In this document: one piece after another, positions 58,971 through 64,000 of the stretch
Layout: each line of letters starts with the position of its first letter
How positions within the stretch are numbered: the stretch's first letter is position 1
Assembly: GCA_017962565.1 (NCBI GenBank)
Contig: JAGCVC010000020.1
Location: 68,622 to 132,621 of the forward strand
Source: Alphaproteobacteria bacterium
Lineage (GTDB): Bacteria > Pseudomonadota > Alphaproteobacteria > CAAHEQ01 > UBA3637
Reading direction: 5' to 3'
Length of the DNA stretch: 64,000 nucleotides
Notes under the pieces: model-generated
What the model was told of the DNA's origin: nothing
What the model saw: only the letters and a program-made list of their open reading frames with translations
Databases searched by the model: none
Made by a program: the position numbers and the translations under genes

Positions 58971-61780
58971 CAGTGGGCCTCTTTCCAATTCTTACCGACA
59001 CCGACTTCCGCAACCAAAGGAACAGATAAATGAACTACATTTTCCATTACATCTTTAATCAAAGATTTTGCCTGTTCGACTTCATCATCCGGAACTTCAA
59101 AAACCAATTCATCATGCACTTGTAACAACATTTTTGTTTTCATTTGACGTTGTTCCAATTCTGATTGCATCTTAATCATGGCCATTTTGATAATATCAGC
59201 GGCACCGCCTTGAATAGGCGCATTGATTGCGGCACGTGATGCAAAACCACGTGTTGCAGCATTTTCAAAACCGGAAACAAAACACTTACGGCCAAAAGGA
59301 GTCAAGACATAACCCTTTTCGGATGCAAATTGAATCGTTTCATCCATATACTTTTTGATTTCCGGATATTTTTCAAAATAAGAATCTATATATGTCTTGG
59401 CTTCTGTCCTTGAAATACCTAACTGACGCGCCAAACCAAAAGGAGAGATTCCGTAAATAATTCCAAAATTGATGGCTTTCGCATTACGACGCACCATCGG
59501 ATCCATATTTTCCATTGGAACACCAAAAACTTTGGATGCCGTTGCTGCATGAATATCTAACCCGTTTGCAAAATCTTCCTTTAGTTGCTTTACATTTGCA
59601 ACATCAGCCATCAAACGTAATTCAACTTGACTATAATCCGCAGAAATTAAAACATGACCGGCGGAGGCAATAAATGCAGAACGAATTTCACGCCCCATCT
59701 CACTTCTGATTGGGATGTTTTGCAAATTCGGATTATTAGATGACAAACGCCCGGTTGCAGTCATTGTTTGTGAAAAAGTCGTATGCACACGTCCTGTTCG
59801 ATTGTTTATCAGATTTACCAAAGAATCAGTATATGTTGATTTCAATTTCATATACTGACGATATTCCAAAATTTTGGAAGCAATTTCCACACCGTTGTCG
59901 GCAAGTTCTTCCAAAACTTCCGAATCGGTAACCCAATTTTTGCTTTTTGAATTCTTTTTTCCGCCCGGTATTGCCATTTTTTCAAACAAAACTTCACCCA
60001 GTTGAAGCGGAGAGTTCAAATTGAAATGTTCGCCTGCAAGATTATAAATCTCTTTTTCCAATAAACAAATTTTTTGATAAAACTGAAAACTGAGTCTTTG
60101 TAGAGCTTCTTTATCAATCAAAACACCTTCGTTTTCCATTTTTGTCAAAACACGAATCAATGGTCTGTCAACTTGATTGTAAAGTTTTTGCACATTTTCT
60201 TTTTCGAGTTTGTTTTTGAAAAAATGGTATAACCTTAAAGTCATATCAGCATCTTCTGCTGCATAATCCGTTGCCGATTTCAAATCCACCTGTTTAAAAC
60301 AAATGGCTTCGCGACGAGTTCCGCAAACTTGCTGATAAGATATCATTGTTTCATTTAAGAAAATTGAAGCCAAATCATCTAAACTGCGTTTGTGTGTTAC
60401 CCCATCCAAATCATATGCCATTACGATGGTATCTTGCAAAGTTTCATCCGATAAATCCACATCAAAATTTGTATGAATAATCTCTAAATCGAACTTAATA
60501 TTATGCCCGATTTTTACGATGTTATGTTTTGCCAACAAATTCAACAAATGCTTTTTGATAAAATCTTTTGATATTTGTTTCGGGCGTGATATCTCTTCTT
60601 GAAACAGGCTTAAACCTTCCCATTGACTTTTAGGGGCATCATTTGAACAATGATTAATTGGAATATAGCATGCTTTTCCCGGTTCTACACATAATGAAAT
60701 ACCTGCTATTTCGGCTGTTTGACTGTCCAAAGAATCTGTTTCTGTATCCAAAGCAACAAAACCGGCCTTTTCGATTTTCTCACACCATTTCAATAAATCT
60801 TTTTCTTCTTGAATACATTCATAATGACGTTCGATTTTTTCCGGTGAAACAGGCAAGTCCATTACCAAATCTTGTTGCGGTAATTGTTGTTGCAAAACGG
60901 TTTGGCGTTTTTTTATAAAAGGATCCACACGCCCCATCAGACTTTTAAAGCTCATTGTTTGTAAGAAGTCTTTTATCTTTTGTGCGTTCGCTTCTTTACG
61001 ACAAAAATCAGAAATCGGTTTGGGCAACGGAGCATCGGCATCCAATACAACCAATTTTTTTGAAATAAATGCTTTTTCTTTTTCTTGACGTAATAATTCT
61101 GCTCTGCGTTCCGGAATTTCGTCCAAATGATTGTAAACTTCTTCCAAAGAACCAAACTTATTAATTAATTCAGCCGCTGTTTTCGGACCGATCCCATGAA
61201 CACCCGGAATATTATCAGTTGAATCACCCATCAAAGATTGAACTTGAATTACTTTATCAGGTAAAACACCGAATTTTTTTATCACATCTTCCGTTGAAAC
61301 ATAATGCTTTTTCATCGGATCATAAAGCAATACGTTATCGCCGTCCATTAATTGCATTAAATCTTTATCTGCAGACACAACGACCACCTGGAAACCCTCT
61401 TCGACACCTTTTTTTGCATAAGCAGCAATCAGATCATCTGCCTCGTAACCATCTTCTTCGACACTGGCTACATCAAATGAATGAACAACATCTCTGATTA
61501 AAGGAAATTGAGGAATTAAATCTTCCGGTACTTCTTTTCTGGTTGCTTTATATTCGGGATAAATATCATTTCTGAAATTACGTCTTGCCGTATCAAAAAC
61601 AACAGCTATACAGTCGTCCGCATTTTCCGTCATAAACTGCATTAACATAGAGGTAAAACCGAAGACAGCATTTACAGGCACACCGTCAGAAGGACGTGAC
61701 ATCGGTGGCAACGCATAAAAAGCGCGGTAGATATACCCCGACCCATCAATCAGGCATAATCTTTTCTTTTGCGTTGTCAT
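58970..61780 (-). CDS. polA: DNA polymerase I
   Basis: 936 aa. 5'-3' exonuclease N-terminus, 3'-5' exo-like middle domain, polymerase A-family motifs (DYSQVELR; RRNAKAINFGIIYG; QVHDELVFE). Confidence 0.95.
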   Translation of the reverse strand: MTTQKKRLCLIDGSGYIYRAFYALPPMSRPSDGVPVNAVFGFTSMLMQFMTENADDCIAVVFDTARRNFRNDIYPEYKATRKEVPEDLIPQFPLIRDVVHSFDVASVEEDGYEADDLIAAYAKKGVEEGFQVVVVSADKDLMQLMDGDNVLLYDPMKKHYVSTEDVIKKFGVLPDKVIQVQSLMGDSTDNIPGVHGIGPKTAAELINKFGSLEEVYNHLDEIPERRAELLRQEKEKAFISKKLVVLDADAPLPKPISDFCRKEANAQKIKDFLQTMSFKSLMGRVDPFIKKRQTVLQQQLPQQDLVMDLPVSPEKIERHYECIQEEKDLLKWCEKIEKAGFVALDTETDSLDSQTAEIAGISLCVEPGKACYIPINHCSNDAPKSQWEGLSLFQEEISRPKQISKDFIKKHLLNLLAKHNIVKIGHNIKFDLEIIHTNFDVDLSDETLQDTIVMAYDLDGVTHKRSLDDLASIFLNETMISYQQVCGTRREAICFKQVDLKSATDYAAEDADMTLRLYHFFKNKLEKENVQKLYNQVDRPLIRVLTKMENEGVLIDKEALQRLSFQFYQKICLLEKEIYNLAGEHFNLNSPLQLGEVLFEKMAIPGGKKNSKSKNWVTDSEVLEELADNGVEIASKILEYRQYMKLKSTYTDSLVNLINNRTGRVHTTFSQTMTATGRLSSNNPNLQNIPIRSEMGREIRSAFIASAGHVLISADYSQVELRLMADVANVKQLKEDFANGLDIHAATASKVFGVPMENMDPMVRRNAKAINFGIIYGISPFGLARQLGISRTEAKTYIDSYFEKYPEIKKYMDETIQFASEKGYVLTPFGRKCFVSGFENAATRGFASRAAINAPIQGGAADIIKMAMIKMQSELEQRQMKTKMLLQVHDELVFEVPDDEVEQAKSLIKDVMENVVHLSVPLVAEVGVGKNWKEAH

Positions 61781-61783
61781 GAC

Positions 61784-62257
61784 TTATTTTGCTTTAAAAA
61801 CTCCGGAATAAGCAATTGCACAATGCTCTTCACAGTAAATTTTGCCGGGAACACATTCTTGGCCACAGAAGCAAAAATCTGGATCTTTCGGATCGCCTTC
61901 CGGCCAACGACATGAATTTGGTTTTAAATCAACCAACTGAACACCTTTACGTTTCTTCTTTTTAGGAACAGCTTTTTCCACAATCGGTTCAACTTCAAAA
62001 ACAGGTTCCGGTGGTAAAATACTCTGTGTTACTTTTTGTTTAGGCGCTTCCACTGTTTTTTTAGGTGCACGGACAACTGTTGCTTCTTTTTTCTTATCGC
62101 GTTTAATAGGTGAAGGACGGCCTTCCAATCCCAAACGGTGAGCCTTACCGACAACGGCATTTTTACTCATACCAATACGATTGCCGATTTCGACCGTTGT
62201 TAAACCTTTGTTCCACAAACGTTTCAATTCTTTGATTAAATCGGGTGTCCAAGCCAT
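61784..62257 (-). CDS. gcrA: cell-cycle regulator GcrA
   Basis: 157 aa. N-terminal MAWTPDLIKELKRLWNKGLTTVEIGNRIGMSKNAVVGKAHRLGL matches the GcrA DNA-binding domain. C-terminal Cys/aromatic-rich sigma70-interaction domain. Confidence 0.8.
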   Translation of the reverse strand: MAWTPDLIKELKRLWNKGLTTVEIGNRIGMSKNAVVGKAHRLGLEGRPSPIKRDKKKEATVVRAPKKTVEAPKQKVTQSILPPEPVFEVEPIVEKAVPKKKKRKGVQLVDLKPNSCRWPEGDPKDPDFCFCGQECVPGKIYCEEHCAIAYSGVFKAK

Positions 62258-62309
62258 TTTAAAACTCCTATTCTTTTAGTAATGTAGCATTAATCATATA
62301 CAAAAAATA

Positions 62310-63356
62310 TTAAAAGTCAAGCAAAACCGGTGTTCCTAAAAATAATAATTTATCGTGGAACGTTTTTTCCAATTCTTCTTCTTTTCCTTCAATTGCATCT
62401 ACATCTGCCTTACTGGTATCAAACATATGTAATAAAGCCATACTCAAGCGACGACGATAGGAATTCTTTGGTGATTTCATAGAAGCTTCCACCTCATAAT
62501 AAATAGCGCGAAGAATTCCGGGAGCCGCTAACTTCATTCGATAAGCCTTTATAACAGCATCACATTTTTGTGCAAATTCATCAACGGTCATATTTTCCGC
62601 TTTTACTTGATTTTCAAACCATTTATCTGCTTCTATTTTATCCAAATGAGAAATTAATGATTGACACGGATTAACATGAGCATCAATCAATACATTCGTA
62701 TCTTGATAATCTAAGATCAAAATATTGCGCCGTTCACGTCCCTTGGAACCAATCTCTAACTTCTTTAGTTTGCCCATAACAGTTATAACAGAGGCAACAT
62801 CTTTCTGAGTTAAATCTCCTTGTTTTCTCTTTCTTTGCTTGATTTGATAGGTACCATTTAACAACTGTCCCAAAAAAGAATCTGGATCAATAGAAGGCGG
62901 AAAAATCCGATTCATTTCTTCCGTTGAACTTATTTGAATCACTTGTGGTACAAATTCGGAATGATGTCCCTCTTTTTCCGGTTCCGGCCACGCTTCCGGC
63001 ATCAAATACGGATAAAAAACAGGATGCAAATAACGCAAATGCTCTTTAGCAAATTCTTCCAATTGAGGTGCTATTCGAGTTGGTAATTTTCTGCGCCATT
63101 CAACAATACCAGGCATCATACGTGTTTTTTCCGAAACCCCATACATGTCTGCAACCATCGGCATCACATATTGGTGATATAAAGGATCTATTGCAAACAG
63201 CATTTGAACGAACATTTCTTCATTTTTCAGTGGGTTCTTTGTAAGTTCCACAATCTCTTCAACGCTCATATCACCCACTGCCCTTGGAATCTGCCGAGCA
63301 CCGGTTTCAAAGGATACAAAGAATATTAGAAAGAATACTAAAATTTTCTTCATCAT
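62310..63356 (-). CDS. hypothetical secreted protein
   Basis: 348 aa. Signal peptide (MMKKILVFFLIFFVSFETGA). No recognised domain. Start overlaps the stop of the upstream DUF4139-like gene (ATGA). Confidence 0.5.
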   Translation of the reverse strand: MMKKILVFFLIFFVSFETGARQIPRAVGDMSVEEIVELTKNPLKNEEMFVQMLFAIDPLYHQYVMPMVADMYGVSEKTRMMPGIVEWRRKLPTRIAPQLEEFAKEHLRYLHPVFYPYLMPEAWPEPEKEGHHSEFVPQVIQISSTEEMNRIFPPSIDPDSFLGQLLNGTYQIKQRKRKQGDLTQKDVASVITVMGKLKKLEIGSKGRERRNILILDYQDTNVLIDAHVNPCQSLISHLDKIEADKWFENQVKAENMTVDEFAQKCDAVIKAYRMKLAAPGILRAIYYEVEASMKSPKNSYRRRLSMALLHMFDTSKADVDAIEGKEEELEKTFHDKLLFLGTPVLLDF

Positions 63357-64000
63357 TATTGGTTAGTTACCTGTACTTTAAAAGTTAAAATTACATCTCC
63401 TTGTTCCGGAACAGAGACATCCCAATAAATTTTATTGGACGTTTCTTTTTGACTTTTCATACTTTCAGACAAGATCGTCCAACCATTCGGTAGATATTGA
63501 TAAAAAAGAACTTTAACAGGTGTTGTTTTTGCATTGCTGATTTTGATTTCAAACTCCGCTTGCGAAATTTTAGCATCAATCTTTTTAAACGAAACACGTT
63601 TTCCCTTTGCCGTAATATCGAAATCTTTCCCCAAAAGCAACCGAACATCTTGTCCTTTTGCTGTATGATTAATTGAATCTTCACCCACAAAAATCAATCC
63701 ATCTTTTGAATCTTTTTCATAAACACGTACTGTTCCTTTTGGCAACGCTTGCCCTAATCCGTTGTTCTTTGTGTTTTTAAAAGTCAAATACATTGTCGGT
63801 TTTGCCTTTTCAAACTCATAATCGGAAAAATAATTCAAAGGTGATTCATATTCATAAGACCTTTTCGCTTGAATACCACTACCGGACAGTAAAGCAACTT
63901 GTTTTGTTTGTTTGGATAAAATATTTGTCGGTCGACCGATTGTGTAAAGATAATAGCCACTAATCGATTCGACTTCCGGTTCCCTGATTGCTTGTGCAAG
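63356..64000 (-). CDS. DUF4139-like domain protein, C-terminal part; gene continues past window end
   Basis: Track ORF 63356..63838 (160 aa). The frame appears to continue upstream to the window edge. Conserved-looking beta-rich C-terminal domain (GTVRVYEKDSKDGLIFVGEDSINHTAKGQDVRLLLGKDFDITAKGK...) reminiscent of DUF4139, from memory. Confidence 0.45.
   Translation of the reverse strand, partial: LAQAIREPEVESISGYYLYTIGRPTNILSKQTKQVALLSGSGIQAKRSYEYESPLNYFSDYEFEKAKPTMYLTFKNTKNNGLGQALPKGTVRVYEKDSKDGLIFVGEDSINHTAKGQDVRLLLGKDFDITAKGKRVSFKKIDAKISQAEFEIKISNAKTTPVKVLFYQYLPNGWTILSESMKSQKETSNKIYWDVSVPEQGDVILTFKVQVTNQ

Overview
This is an AT-rich chromosomal segment from an alphaproteobacterium. GcrA (61784-62257) is diagnostic, and the Hfq-HflX, SecDF-YajC, MlaFED and PolA contexts fit. 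It probably comes from a host-associated lineage with a streamlined genome: the conserved dusB...trkA-hfq-hflX locus lacks NtrBC/NtrYX, and the window encodes Sel1-repeat and ankyrin-like proteins plus many ORFans. About 75 genes are called, mostly housekeeping (eno, kdsA, secG, tpiA, dapF, guaC, mlaEFD, secDF-yajC, hflX-hfq-trkA, dusB, trmFO, mfd, rplU-rpmA-obg-rsfS, glyQS, mlaA-mlaC, asmA, rarA, polA, gcrA). No rRNA, CRISPR array, integrase or transposase was recognised. The main accessory region is a roughly 6 kb islet at tRNA-Leu(CAA), from about 8.0 to 14.1 kb. It is bounded and partitioned by direct-repeat copies of the tRNA 3' end plus its terminator hairpin. It carries a membrane-anchored Mrr-type PD-(D/E)xK nuclease paired with a zinc-ribbon/DUF4145-like protein, which is a candidate, apparently undescribed, two-gene defense module. 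It also carries an orphan secreted protein, an orphan PreA-type dihydropyrimidine dehydrogenase subunit and an EptA/MCR-like phosphoethanolamine transferase. Other points worth a second look: trmFO interrupted by a single in-frame TAA at a conserved Gln codon; an alpha2-type (glyQS) glycyl-tRNA synthetase in an alphaproteobacterium; a degenerate dUTPase-fold protein in an operon with secreted SH3b and Sel1 proteins; a HAMP/SpoIIE sensor phosphatase translationally coupled to an alkaline-phosphatase-superfamily enzyme; an ORFan islet between eno and kdsA with a duplicated terminator hairpin; tandem duplicated mini membrane proteins; and orphan membrane-anchored LivJ-like binding proteins. All calls rest on reading the sequence and ORF translations by eye, with no database searches.
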